Source: Isurus oxyrinchus
Taxonomy: Eukaryota
Assembly (NCBI GenBank): GCA_026770705.1
Contig: JANJGN010000008.1
Location: 9,672,001-9,736,000, forward strand
DNA: 64,000 bases
Reading direction: 5' to 3'
Under the pieces are notes generated by a model. That model saw only the letters and a program-made list of their open reading frames with translations. It did no database searches and was not told where the DNA came from. Positions 25,218-38,610 of the stretch are shown piece after piece; within the stretch, counting starts at the first letter, position 1; the number at the start of each line of letters is the position of its first letter. The translations under genes and the position numbers were made by a program.

Positions 25218-26384
25218 GTATTTAATGCTTTACTGCACAGGTAGCTGTATTACACCGAACCTAGAAGTATTTAATGCTTTACTGCACAGGTAGTTGTATT
25301 ACACCTAACGTGAGAGTATTTGATGCTACAATGGATTGTTTACATGGAATGTCAATCTGATCCCGAGTAATAAAGCCTCTCAGAGGAATGTACGAAATTT
25401 TGGGAACAATACATTGCTGCTCAGAACAATAGCATTGTTTATCTGCATATAACATAACTTCCTGCCACTTTTCCACCTTCTCTTTCATACTTTTTTCTTC
25501 CTGCACTGAATTGAGTTGATTCATGTCCATCCCCACAGTACACACACAACTCTACCGTTTGTCTGACTTTTTTACTTACTTCTAAAAACACCTATCTTTA
25601 AAATAAGTGGCCCTGTCTTTTGAAATAATTATTATAATTAACAATTTACCTAATGATACCTGTCACTTTCCTTCACTACCTGTTAGGTCACCTCAAATTC
25701 TTATTAATTTTACAGTAGTGTGCTTAAATTTAATTGCTTTTCCTTATAAAACTCCAGATGCCCACAATCTTTTGATGTCTCTGCATTGTTCCAAAGGTAA
25801 TAGTATAAATTGAATTTTAGAAAACGTCTGGCCAACTCCCTTTGCATGATAATGCAAATTATTTCAATGTCTGCCACATTTCTCTGAATATCCAAATCAA
25901 TATGCTTTTCCTTGCCTATAGCATTGCACTGAGATATATTTTTCAGTTTCTACTTTTTAATTTATTGTTCATTTATTAACATTGAGATGGACTTGATACC
26001 CATAGCCGCAGTTATCAGGAAGATATTTCAATCCTTCTGAATAGGGCTGCAATGTTGTTTGTTATTTGCCTTGCGGGCTATCTATGCATCACGTTATTGT
26101 TTGTGCGCACACACATAGCTCTTTCTATTAGTGTACCTTTGATGTCAGCACACGTGCACCAGAGCAAATGCAGTCCATTCAAAACGAAATAACAGTCCTC
26201 AATGTAGCACGTTATCAACCTATTAGTGACACAACATCCATCAACTATAGATCAGCAACATACATGACATCAAATCCAGGTCTGACCATTAAGTAGCCTC
26301 TGGTTGGACATTTTCCTCTTATTTGATTGCACCTTTATCGTATATGAACAATAAATTGATATGATATACAATGGGCCATGACAT

Positions 26385-26820
26385 TGAACATAGGAACACA
26401 GGAAATAGGAGCTATACAGACTTTTGAGCCTGCTTTGCTATTCAACTGACCTTCTCAATGCCATTTCCCCACGCTGTCCCCATATCCCTTGATGCCTTTA
26501 CTAAATAGAAATCTATTGATCTCTGTCTTGAACATAATCAATGACAAAGCCTCCATAAACCTCTGGGGTACAGAATTCCAAAGAGTCGCTACCATTTGAG
26601 TCCTAAATAGCCTACCCCTTATTCTGAGACTCTGTCCCCTGGTTCTAGGCCCCCCAGCCAGGGGAAATATCCTTCAATCATCTACCTTGTCCTGCCCTTT
26701 AATGATGTTTTATGTTTCAACTGGACCACTTCTCATTTTTCTGAACTCCAAAGAATGCAGGCCCAGTCTCCTCAAAGGGCGACTCCATCATCCCAGGAAT
26801 CACTGTTGTGAACCTTCATT
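26385..26820 (-). mobile_element. 3' fragment of CR1-type LINE (family B)
   Basis: Homologous to 35841-36350 and 12762-13105 (aggaacacaggaaataggagc..., ctctggggtacagaattccaaaga). Confidence 0.75.
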
Positions 26821-26838
26821 AAACCCATCTGCCCCCTC

Positions 26839-27731
26839 TTTTTTTATTCATTCATGGGATGTGGACTTCGCTGGCTGGGCCAGCATTTATTGCTCATCCC
26901 TAATTCCCCTTGAGAAGGTGGTGGTGTTGCTGCCTTCTTGAACTGCTGCAGTCCATGTGGTGTAGGTACATCCCTGGAAGTGTTAGGAAGGGAGTTCCAG
27001 GAGTTTGACCCAGTGACAGTCAAGGAACGGTGATACATTTCCAAGTCAAGATGGTGATTGACTTGGAGGGGAGCTTCCAGGTAGTGGTGTTCCCATCTAT
27101 CTGCTGCCCTTGTACTTCTAGATGGTAGGGGTCATGGGTTTGGAAGGTACTGCCGAAGGAGCCTTGGTGAACTTCTGCAATACACCTTGTAGATGGTACA
27201 CACTAATGCTACCGTGCATCAGTGGTGGAGGGAGTGAATGTTTCTGGATCTGGTGCCAGTCAAATGGACTGCTTTGTCTTAGATAGCATCAAGCTCCTTG
27301 AGAGTTGTCGGAGCTGAACTTATCCAGGCAACGGGGGTGTATTCTGTCACACTCTTGACTTGTGCCTTGTAGATGGTGGACAGGCTTCGGGGAGTCAGGA
27401 GGTGGGTTACTCGTCACACAATTTCTAGCCTATGACATGCTCTTGTAGCCAGAGTAATTATATGGCTAATCCAGTTCAGCTTCTGGTCAATGGTAGCCCC
27501 CGGGATGTTGATAGTGGGGAATTCAATGATGGTAATGCCATTGAACATCAAGGGGCGATGGTTGGATTCTTTCTTGTTGAGGATGGTCATTGCCTGACAC
27601 TTGTGTGGCACGAATATTACTTGCCACTTGTTAACCCAAGCCTGGATATTGGTCAGGTCTTGCTGCATTTGGACATGGACTGCTTCAGTATCTGATGAGT
27701 CGTAAATGGTGCTGAACGTTGTGCAATCATC
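26839..27731 (-). mobile_element. CR1/L2-group LINE 3' portion (family A)
   Basis: MQQDLTNIQAWVNKWQVIFVPHKCQAM RT C-terminal motif; ttttttattcattc tail. Confidence 0.85.
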
Positions 27732-27734
27732 TTA

Positions 27735-27842
27735 GATGGGTGTAAAAATTACGTGGCATTTTCAAAAAAGAGCAGGAGAGATCTTCCAATGTCTTGGTCA
27801 ATATTTAACTCCCAACCAAAATAGTTTATCTGCTCATTTACC
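27735..27842 (+). mobile_element. DeuSINE/SacSINE1-like fragment
   Basis: gtaaaaattacgtggcattttcaaaaaagagcaggagagatcttccaatgtcttggtcaatatttaactcccaacc resembles the Deu-domain SINE core (recalled similarity, not searched). Confidence 0.45.
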
Positions 27843-28091
27843 CAATTAACGGGAGTTACAATGGTGGGGTCAATTACGCCAAAAGCCACAATTATTTCAC
27901 CTTGCGGTATTGGGGAAGCATTCTCATGGATACCACGCAGAGTTGGCGTTTGCTTAGCGCAGGGTGAGTAGAAAGGGCAAAACGAGACTTAACAAGTTTA
28001 TCTATTGAAACTCAACGCTATCAAAGAAACATTTCGACGAACTTTACAATGGATGTTTGTGGATTCAGATATAACTAATAAAGTTATAATA

Positions 28092-28226
28092 CAAAAGTAA
28101 AATACTGCGGATGCTGGAAATATGAAATAAAAACAGAAAATGCTGGAAATACTTAGCAGATCTAGAAGCATCTGTGGAGAGAGAAACGGAGTTAACGTTT
28201 GTCCAATATGACTTCTTGAGAACTGC
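28092..28226 (-). mobile_element. Single arm of Penelope-like terminal repeat with decayed hammerhead motif
   Basis: aaaatactgcggatgctggaaat...gcatctgtggagagagaaacggagttaacgttt matches the left arms at 3937 and 7810. Confidence 0.75.
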
Positions 28227-28260
28227 TATAACTCCGGAAGTGACATTGCAACTAGCTCAC

Positions 28261-30720
28261 CTCACTAATGTTCCTACAGTTGGTGGAATGTGATGCTGGT
28301 GGTTTTTTTTTATCCCACATAGTTTCATTGCCGGGATTATTCTTGCCGATAGAAGAACTACACCTGTCGGAGTACAATAACTCTCCTTTGGTCGAATCCG
28401 AAATCGAACAGGTCCCGTAGCGGAAACTTTGGGAAAGTGGATCGCCTCCAAATACCTCGACGTAGTTCGGGGGTATCTGGATATTTCGACTGGCTTTCTG
28501 AATCCCATTCCTCGTTCTAAAGCAACAACACAAATCCAGAGCACAGCTATAGCCGCCAAAACCGTTCCTGGTTTTATGTACTGTAATTGCAAGAGCAATT
28601 AAAACGACTAGAAAAATGGACGAGATTATCCCTAAAAATATAACTATGTAAAAACTTGCATCATTAGTCAAGCCAGGATTTGCCGATAAATTGCTCATAT
28701 CAGAGAGCATTTCTGTATCTCCCTCCACCACTGACAAGATGAGTGTCATTGTAGCAGAGAGCATTGGTGTCCCATTGTCGTTTACCGCGACAACCAGCCT
28801 TTGCTTATTTGCATCTCTACTCGCGAAGCCACGGATTGTCCAGATTTCTCCTGTATCAGGTGAGATGGTGAAAAGTCCTGGGTCAGTAAACTGGAGAATC
28901 TGGTAAAAAAGTCGAGCATTCTGGCCCGAGTCAGCGTCAGTGGCGGTGACCTTAGTGACCAGGTAGCCTGGCTCTGTGAACCTTGACACTGTCTCCAATG
29001 CTGTTGAACCGTACTCCTTGTGAGGATGGACGATCACCGGGGCATTATCATTCTGATCAAGGATAATTACATTCACCGAAGTATTGCACATGAGAGGGCG
29101 GGGCCCAGAATCCCGTGCCTGCACGTGGAGCTGAAAATTTTTCAGTTGTTCGTGATCAAACGTTCTCTGAGAAAATATCACCCCATTTTTGGAATTGATG
29201 TTGACGTAACTGGACATCGGCTCGCTCTGAACCTGGCTCTCGAGGATAGAGTAGAATAATCGGGCATTCTGGTTCAAATCTGGATCGAGAGCCGTCACTG
29301 CGAAGACTGAAGTCCCAACCACGTTGTTTTCCATCACATAGGCTGTGTAGGAAGTCTGTGTAAAGCGTGGCGCGTTGTCATTTACGTCCGAGATTTCCAC
29401 TCGAATGGTTTTCCTGGATGACAGGGGAGGAGACCCTGAATCGCTGCAGATAATGGAAAGGTCATACTTTGAAATATTTTCTCTATCCAAGAGCTGGCGG
29501 GACAGCAATGTGTAATAGTTCCTCAAAGACGAATCTAACCTGAAAGGCAGGTTATTTGCGATTTCACAGTCTACCTGCCCATTCTCTCCAGAATCTTTGT
29601 CCGATACACTGACCAGGGCAATCACAGTCCCGGGTTTGGAGTCTTCACTGACAGGACTGAACAAAGAAGTTAGTGTCACCTCAGGTGCGTTATCATTTAC
29701 ATCAATAATATTAACTAAAATGTGACAGTATCCAGGAATTGGATTCGGACCCTGGTCCATTGCTTCTACGTTAATCTCAAATACACTGTCTTCTTCATAA
29801 TCCAAAGGTCCTTTAACTCTGATTTCACCATTTTTGGAATCCAGACTAAACAGACCACGGACCCTGGCTGAGGTATGGCTGCTGAAAGAGTACAATATCT
29901 CTCCATTGAGACCATCATCTAAATCAGTGGCATTTAGCTTGATAAGCAACGTTCCTTTAGGTGAGTTTTCTAACAGACTAATTCGGTAAACTGAATTTGG
30001 GAAGACTGGTGCGTTGTCGTTTGCATCCTGCACTGTAATTATTATTTCAGCAGTGCCCGACTTTGGGGGAATCCCGCCGTCTTTGGCAAGAAGCTCTAAC
30101 CTGTGAGTCGATTGCTTTTCTCTATCCAAGGGCTGTTCCAGCACCAGTACTGGCAACTTCCCGTCCCCGCCACGCGAATCAATATTTAATGTGAAATATT
30201 CGTTAGCAACCAGCTGGTAGGTTTGCAGGGAGTTGGTTCCAACGTCGGGATCGTGCGCGTACTCCAGGGCAAAGCGCGCTCCCGGTGCCGCAAGCTCAGA
30301 GATTTTAAGGCGAAACAGGCTGTTTGGAAAACTGGGAGCGTTGTCGTTTACATCGGAAATCTCCACTTCGATGTGATACACGTTCAATGGGTTTTCGATC
30401 ACGGCCTCCAAAGATAACATGCACAGGAGGACCGCCCCACAGAGCTGTTCCCTGTCGATTTTTTCTTTCACAAATAAAATCCCATTGTTTAAATTTACCT
30501 CCAAATGCTGCTTCCGGGGACCAGGCACAACCCGAAAATTGCGAGCTGAGAGCTGTTCTGCACGTAATCCCAGGTCATCTGCAATATTTCCGACAAAAGC
30601 GCCTGGTGGTAGCTCCTCGGGAATCGAATAGCGAATCTGTCCAGAAACTACAGCCCAGAAAAGGGACACGCAATGCACCAGTTGCCAAGTTAGCCACCAA
30701 TATATTTGATAATATCCCAT
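28261..30720 (-). CDS. Clustered protocadherin variable exon V6
   Basis: ATG 30720 (MGYYQIYW), six EC repeats, TM, conserved cytoplasmic motif; donor at 28261/28260. Confidence 0.95.
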
Positions 30721-30936
30721 CGCCAGCACAAAGCATTCCAACTGCTTCAGCGCTATGCAGCGCCGTTGGTTCAATCCTTAAAATTGAGGTCCTTATATAT
30801 CATTTTCTTGGAGTGAAGAAGCTCCAATGTATAAAATAACTGCACGATTTGTACCTCACTCAGACTATTCCCGACAAGCATTCCTATCTTGTCTGAAAAC
30901 TCTCAATAGCCGCAAAGACCTCACATATGCTACGCA

Positions 30937-31150
30937 GTTCGCCATTCGGTTTTACACTGAATCTGATTGTGTGTGATGGTTGGTAAGCAGGCAAGGGGGC
31001 AGTCAAGATCTCCAGTCACATCCCCGCTTCTGATTGGTTAACAGAGTGCTCTCACATTCAACCAACCACCGTACGGACCACTTCTTAAAGCTAGAATGTC
31101 TTGAGAAATCATTTTGTTTCAGTTAACATTTATTGTTGTGCAATTTAAAA
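30937..31150 (-). promoter_or_regulatory. Conserved promoter-like block of V6
   Basis: ttttacactg, agggggcagt, ATTGG 31033, degenerate CCAAC 31062, cttaaagc, atttattgttgtgcaat. Confidence 0.8.
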
Positions 31151-31941
31151 TATGGGTTTCTTTTTTTCCTTCATAATTTTAGTTCCGTTTGGTAAAGTGC
31201 TCCTTGGGAATATTTTATAGTGACTACCGATGAGCATTTACTTCTCGCTTAACAAAACACATTGCTTCGGACACGACTTTTTACACAAAACATTAATTTT
31301 CCACATTTTTTTCCATTAAATACATTAATTTGAATTTAACTTCGTACATGGCAATGCATAATATTTATTACCTACTGATCCACAGCGGACATATTTTATG
31401 ACTCAACAACAGGATTGCCTGGAGAACAGAAAAGCTTGAGAAGTATGATTTCAGTCACTGCTCCGAGAGCAAGGTGGATTATGGTGTACGCGAAGGGGGT
31501 AGGGGGAGGGTGGTGGCGGGGAGAAATGGGCCAGGTTGAAGCTGTAGTGTATACAGCTCACAAGCGGGCGCACTGTGAAACTGGGCGACTGTTCTCAGTA
31601 TTACTCGGCACTTATGCATCAATGCATGAGTCAGGGAGCCGAGGACCACTTTTCATCCTTGCTTTGGGAAGGAATAAGATGGCAACACAGGAAAAATAGC
31701 AGTGCATTACTGAAGACTGCCTATCGACCTGCAGCCGTTGCCAATGGTATTAAAAATGGATGGCGACCTCAATGAGGTATACACATTGGGGTCCTGTGAC
31801 CTCAGTACAATTTGCAGATGCCAGTGGACATCAATGCTCCTCTTACCCTAAATCATCCCACCCACCGCTGGTCCTACCAAGACACACTCCACCTCAATCC
31901 CACCCTGCTACATCCTCGGAATTCCTGTCTTTAAAGTTTTA

Positions 31942-32110
31942 AAGAAGTTGCATTTATATAGAACACTATCTAGTTACTGAAAAAGATCTTAAAGTACTGC
32001 ATATGCCATTAAGCACTTTGGAGCGTTGCAACTGCTTTTACGTGGATAAAAGAGAACATTTTTATGCAGTGGAGGGACCCACAAGTATACAGATGGTCAA
32101 TATGTTTATT
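31942..32110 (-). mobile_element. Decayed SINE 3' end (DeuSINE/SacSINE1-like)
   Basis: aagaagttgcatttatatag...cttaaagtactgcatatgccattaagcactttggag resembles the reverse complement of a shark SINE tail (recalled similarity). Confidence 0.35.
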
Positions 32111-32640
32111 ATTTTTTGTAGAAATTATGGCGGAGAGAGGAATGCCAATCAGAATCCTCAGCAACAATCAGGTCTCCTTTTATTGGACCTATACCAGATG
32201 CAGCTATACACAACGGCCTTACAAGGTTGGATGGCACAACAATTCTGCCGCCAAGGTTACATGCAAACTCAGAGCTCCTGGATAAACAGTTGAAAGGTAA
32301 ATGCTCAGAGAGTGTATATAATGCCTACGTATTTTACGCATTTAAATAAAAGCATGTGCGTTTAGAAAGTATCCATGGAATTAAGTGGACACAGAGCTTT
32401 AGTTAAACCCGGTTTGACAATGCACTGGAGTTGCATCTGATCACAAAGCAGTGGAAACACATCCCATAAGATACGGCAACAAATCATTAAAAGGGCTTTT
32501 GTCACAAATGGATATAGCACCAAAAAGTGAAAAAAAAATGGTTTGAAGAAAATACTTTCATTCTCCCATTTCCAGGTACAGCAACCATACATCCAAATGA
32601 AATCTGCGTGGAAGCTACTCTCTTTTTCGAAGTGGCTCAC

Positions 32641-35109
32641 CTCATTGCTCACAGTGTTGCTGCGCTTTTCAGAATTCATCAACCCTGGATGCTCTTTACC
32701 AGTAGATTCATTCCGGAAATAATTCTTGTCTGTCGATGTCCTGCCTGTGTTGGGGGTTATGAAGCCTCTCTTTGTTGATTGCAATGTTGAACATGACTCA
32801 TAGCGGAAACTCTGAGAAAGTGGGTCACCCCCGAATACCTCAACATAGTTTGGGGGTATCTGAAGGTTTCTACTGGCCTTTTGAATTCCATTCAGAGAAT
32901 TTCTTGTTTCAAAGCAGCAACAAACACCCAGGGAACAGTGCTGATTAACCAAAGCATTTCTGCTTTTATGAACCTTCACAGCGAGGGGAATTAAAATCAC
33001 CAGAAAAATGGTAGAAATGACTCCTAATGTTATGACCAAGGAAAGGCTCAGATCAGGGGTGAACCCTGCATCTTCAGACGATCCACTGACGCTGGAGAAT
33101 GTTTCAGTGTCACCACCTACCACAGATAAGATGATGGTCACTGTGGCAGAAAGTGATGGTGTTCCATTATCTTTCACCACAATCACCAACCTTTGCTTAG
33201 AGGCATCTTTATTGGCAATATGACGGATAGTCCAAATTTCCCCAGTGGCTGGTGAAATAGTAAAAAGGTTATGCTGGGTAACCTGGAAAATCGAATAAGA
33301 AAGGCGAGCATTCTGACCAGCATCAGCATCAGTGGCCGATACCTTGGTAACCAAGTAGCCTGGTTCTGCAAACCTGGATATTGTCTCTACTGCTGTTGAC
33401 CCATACTCAGCTAATGGGTGCACGATCACTGGAACATTGTCATTCTGATCAAGGATAATAACATTCACTGAGACATTGCTGGCAAGTGTTGGGGTTCCAG
33501 AGTCCGTGACCTGAGCTTGGAACTGAAAGTTTTTCAATTTCTCGTAGTCAAAAGATCTCTGAGCTAATACGTCCCCAGTCTCCGAGTTAATAGAGATGTA
33601 AGTGGATACCGAGGCGTTCTGAATTTGCGCCTCCAGGATAGAGTATTTTAGCCGAGCGTTCTGACCAACATCTGGATCAAAGGCTGTAATGGAAAATATA
33701 GAAGCACCAATAACATTGTTCTCCATGACGCTTGCTGTGTATAAAGACTGTGTAAATCGTGGGGCATTGTCATTTATATCTGTAACCTCCACCCGAATGG
33801 TTTTCTTGGATGTGAGAGAAGGAGTTCCTGAATCTGTGCATGTGACAGTGACGTCATATTTGGAATCATTTTCACGATCCAGTGAATGTTGAACAAGTAG
33901 TCCATAATAATTTTTCAAAGAAGAATCTAACTTAAAGGGGAGTTTATGAGATATTTGACATTGTACCTGCCCATTCGGTCCCGAATCTTTATCTGCTGCA
34001 CTGAAAAGAGCGACTGCAGTTCCAACTGGAGCATCTTCTGAGACTGTGCTGGATAAAGACGTCAATGTCACGTCAGGGGCGTTATCATTCACATCAATAA
34101 CATGCACCAGCACATCACAGTGCTCCGGGATTGCGTCGGAACCCATGTCCATTGCTTGTATGTTAATCTCAAATGCTTTGTTCTCTTCATAGTCCAGATT
34201 CCCCTTTAATATGATTTCACCAGTTTTGGAATCCACGTCAAAAAGTTCCCGAACTCGAGCAGAAGAATGGCCACTGAGCGAGTACGTTATCTCTCCATTG
34301 GGTCCATCGTCCAAGTCAGTGGCATTTAACATGATTACCCGAGTCCCTGTGGGTGCCGTTTCCAATAGGCTGACTCTGTAAACTGACTGGGGAAAAACAG
34401 GGGCGTTGTCGTTTGTATCCTTCACTATGATTGTGACCTGAACCGTGCCGGATCTCACAGGGACCCCGCCGTCCTTGGCTATTAACTTTAACATGTGGCT
34501 GGATTCCGTTTCTCTGTCCAAGGAACTCTGCAGCACCAATACTGGCAACTTTCCTTCTCCACTGCGCACCTGTATATCGAGAGTAAAATAATCGTCGGGA
34601 AGGATCTCGTAGGTTTGCAATGAGTTAGTTCCGATATCGGGATCTTGCGCGGACTCGAGGGGAAAGCGCGTCCCCGGCGTCGCAAGCTCTGAGATTTCAA
34701 GGCGGATTTGTGTCTTTGGGAAACTGGGAGCATTGTCATTCACATCGAGAATCTCCACTTCAACCTGGTACAGCTTTAAGGGATTTTCAACTAAACCGTC
34801 CAAGGAAATCACACAACTCAAACTAGTCCCGCAAATCTGTTCTCTGTCAATTTTCTCCTTGACAAATAAAATGCCAGTGTCCAAATTTATGTCCACGTAT
34901 TGTTTCCTGGGACCGGGTACAATCCGAAAACGGCGAGCCGAGAGCTGCTTTATATCTAAACCCAAATCATCTGCGATATTCCCAACAAAGGAACCTAGTT
35001 GCAGTTCTTCAGGAATCGTGTAACGAATCTGCCCAAACACGAGATTCCACCAGGAGAATACACAGTAAAATAATTGGCATTTCAGCAACCAATATATTTT
35101 ATATCTCAT
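32641..35109 (-). CDS. Clustered protocadherin variable exon V7 (homogenised subgroup)
   Basis: ATG 35109 (MRYKIYW), six EC repeats, TM, conserved cytoplasmic motif; donor at 32641/32640; the 93 extra codons in the ORF track are intron read-through. Confidence 0.95.
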
Positions 35110-35315
35110 TTCCAGCGAAAAACATTCCCCTTGTTTCAGAACGTGTCCGTACCATGAATTATCCTTTTTACAGTTATATCACAATATTTTAAATCCAGAA
35201 CAACTGCGATGTAGTAAATACCTGAATGTTTTACGAATCTCTCGGATTATTCCATTTAAATCTTCTAGTATTGTCTAAAATTGCCGGTTGGTTTGTGCAG
35301 AAATCCTACCGAGCT

Positions 35316-35524
35316 GTTCGCCATCCAATTTTACACTGCGTCTGATCGTGCGTGATGGAGGATGGGTAGTGAAGGGGGCAGTCCGGATCCCCAATCGCAT
35401 CTCAGCTTCTGATTGGTGAACAGGAGCACATTGAATTTTGGCCAATGAAATTACTGTACATTTCTTAAAGCTGGAATCCCTGAGATCAGCGCAGATTGTT
35501 TGATTTATTGTTGCACAATTAAAA
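35316..35524 (-). promoter_or_regulatory. Conserved promoter-like block of V7
   Basis: ttttacactg, gaagggggcagt, CCAAT 35391, ATTGG 35412, CCAAT 35442, cttaaagc, atttattgttgcacaat. Confidence 0.82.
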
Positions 35525-35840
35525 GTTGAATTAAGATATTTTTTCAATGTTCTGCAATGTTTCTGTCTTTTGCCTAGAATTTCTCTACAGCCATATTACA
35601 ACAAACATCTTACGTGTCAGGTTTATAGAATATGCGGCAGAAGAAATAAATTAATAGTTAAGAACCTAAGGAGTCAGTTTAATTCATTGGTCCCCTTAAT
35701 TTAATTCAATTTACAATCTAGCTGAGATAATTCCTTTGTGGTTTTCCATCCCCAAGTAGCTGTTATTTCTCACAAAGGAAAGAATAAACTCGCTCCTCAT
35801 TCTCCTAAACAATTAAGGACTGGGCATTATTGAACTGATA

Positions 35841-38610
35841 CATAGAAACATATTAACTAGGAGCAGGAGAAGGCCATTTGGCCCTTTGAGCTCGCGCCAT
35901 CATTCAATGTGACCATGGCTGATCCGCCATCTCAATGCCATTCTCCTGCCTTCTCTCCATACCCCTTAAAGCCCTTAATGGCCAAAAAATATCAAATTAT
36001 TTCTTGAATATACTCAGTGACCTGGCCTCCACAGCCTTCTGTGGTAGAGAATACCTCAGCTTAACCACCCTCTAAGTGAAGAATGTTTTACTCATCTCAG
36101 GCCTAAATGGCCAGCCCCCTACCCTGAGACTGTGGCCCTGGTTCTAGACTCCCCAACCAGGGGAAACATCCTCCCTGCATCCAGTCTGTCTAGCCCTGTT
36201 AAAATTTTATAAGTTTCAAACAGATCCCCTCTCATTCTTCTAATCTTTAGTGAATACAGGCCCAGTCAAACCAATCTCTCCTCATACGACAGTCCTGCCA
36301 TTCCTGGTATCAGCCCAGTGAACCTTTGCTGCACTCCCTCTGTGGCAAGTATACCCTTTCTTTGGTAGGGAGTCCAAAGCTGCATGCAATACTCCAGATG
36401 TGGTCTCACCAAGGCCTTGTATAACTATAGTAAAACATCCCTAATTCTGAACTCAAATCCTCTTGCAATGAAGGCAACATGTCATTTGCCTTCCTAATTT
36501 CTTGCTGCACCTGCCTGTTTACTTTCATTGGCTGGTATATAAGGACACCCAGATCCCCCTGTACATCCACATTTCCCAATATATCACCATTTAAATAATA
36601 CCCTGCCGTTTTGTCTTTCACTCTGAAGCATATAACTTCACATTTATCCACGGTATACTGCATATACCATGTATACCACACTTACAACTTGTCGAAGTTG
36701 CCCTGAAGCCTCCTTGCATCCCACTTACAACTCTCAACCCCGCCCAGTTTTGTGTCGTTAGCACTCTTGGAAATAGTGCATTTGGTTTCATCATCCGAGT
36801 CATTTATATACATCATGAATAGCTGGGGCCCAAGCACTGACCCCTGTGATATACCACTAGTCACTGCCTGCCGTCCAGAATAAGACCCATTTATTCCCAC
36901 TCTCTGTTTCCACTCTGTCAACCAATTCTCAATCCGTACCAATATAATACCCCCAATCACATGTGCTTTAACTTTGCCCACTAGGCTCTTATGTGGGACC
37001 TTATAAAAAGCCTTCTTGAAATCCATATACCCCACATCCAGTGGTTCTCCCTTATCTATTCTACTAGTTACATCCTCAAAAATCCTTAGTTAAGCATGAT
37101 TTTTCATTCATAAACGCATGCTGACTTTGTCTAATCCTGTTAATGCTTCCAAGTGTTCTGTACCACGTCTTTTATAATAGGCTCTAGCATTTTCCCCACC
37201 ACTGATGTTAGGCTAACTGGTCTGTCATTCTCCGTTTTCCCCCTCCCTCCTTTTTTAAATAGAGGGGTTACATTTGCCACCCTCCAATCTGAAGGAACCG
37301 CTCCAGAGTCTATAGCGTTTTGGAAGATTACCACCAATGCAACCAATATTTCCAGGGCCCCTTCCTTTAGGACCACGTGGTGCAGGTTATCAGGCCCTGG
37401 GGATTTTTCAGCCTTTAACCCCATTAATTTCTCTAGCATCATTTCTTTTTTACTAATACTGATTTTCTTCAATTCATCCATCTCACTAGACCCTTGGTTC
37501 CCTAACATTTCTGGGAAATTATTTGTGTCCTATTTTGTGAAGACAGCACAAAATATGTGTTCAATCATTCTGCCATTTCTTTGTTCTCCATTATAATTTC
37601 CCCCGTTTCTGACTGTAAGGGGCCTACATTTGTCTTTGCTAATCTTTTTCTCTTCACATATTTATAGAAGATTTTACAGACAGCTTTTATGTTCTTTGCA
37701 AGTTTACTCTCATACTTCGTTTTCCTCTTCTTGATCAATCTTTTTGTCCACTTTTGTTGAATTCTAATCCAATCCTCAGGGTTGCTGCTTTTTCTGACAA
37801 TTTTATGCGTCTCCTCTTTGGATCTAATACTATCCCTAATTTATTTTGTAATCCATGGATGAGCCACCTTTCCTTTATATGTTTGCACCAGACAGGAATT
37901 AATTATTATTGTAATTCATGCATACGTTCCTTAATTATTAGCCATTGCCTATCCACCATCAACCCTTTTATTAACGTTGCCCAATCCATCATTGCCAACT
38001 CATGCGTCATGCACTCATAGTTCCCTTTATTTAGATTCAATACCCTAGTTTCAGATTGTACTTCATCACGCTGCATCTTAATGGACAATTCTATCCTCTT
38101 ATAGTCGCTCTTCTCGAAGGAACCCCACACAACAAGATTGTTAATTAATCCTTTCTCATTGTACAATACCCAGTCCAGGATAGCCTGCTCTCTGGTTGGT
38201 TCTCAACGTATTGGTCTAAAATGTCATCATGTACACACTCCAGGGCGTCCTCCTCCACAGTATTATTGCTAGTTTGGTTTGTCTGATCTATATGTAGATT
38301 AAAATCACCCATGATTACAGTTGCACCCTTATTATATGCATCTCTAATTTCCTGTTTAATGCCTTCCCTCACATCTCTGCTACTGTTTGGGGGCCTATAG
38401 GCAAGCCCCACCAGCGTTTTCTGCTTCTTGGTGTTTCTTACCTCCACCCAAACAATTCCACATTATGATTTTCCGAGCCAATATCCTTCCTCACTATGGC
38501 ATTGATTTCCTCCTTCACTAACAATGCTACCCACCTCCTTGCTCAATTTATCTTTCCTTTCTTAGCACTGAATACCCCTGGATGTTCAGATTCCCATCCT
38601 TGGTCACCAG
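35841..38610 (-). mobile_element. 5'-truncated, decayed CR1 LINE (APE endonuclease and RT remnants)
   Basis: Fragments GLAYRPPN, IMGDFNLH (APE); KSPGPD, WRVANVTPLFKKG, RPVSLTSVVGKMLE, DFKKAF, GISQGSVLGPQLF (RT); CR1-type 3' tail at 35841. Confidence 0.92.

Larger units (their letters stand above)
24910..25328. repeat. 49-bp minisatellite (~4 copies) interrupted by a hairpin element
   Basis: Unit acctaacctgggagtatttaatgctttactgcacaggtagctgtattac at 24911, 24960 (interrupted), ~25253 and a partial copy at ~25303. Confidence 0.85.

Noticed and set aside
24910-25328. CRISPR-like array
   Set aside because: Head-to-tail minisatellite without unique spacers, in vertebrate DNA
31400-31900. GC-richer segment with short ORFs upstream of V6
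   Set aside because: No recognisable protein or termini; probably a decayed repeat that cannot be classified without a search
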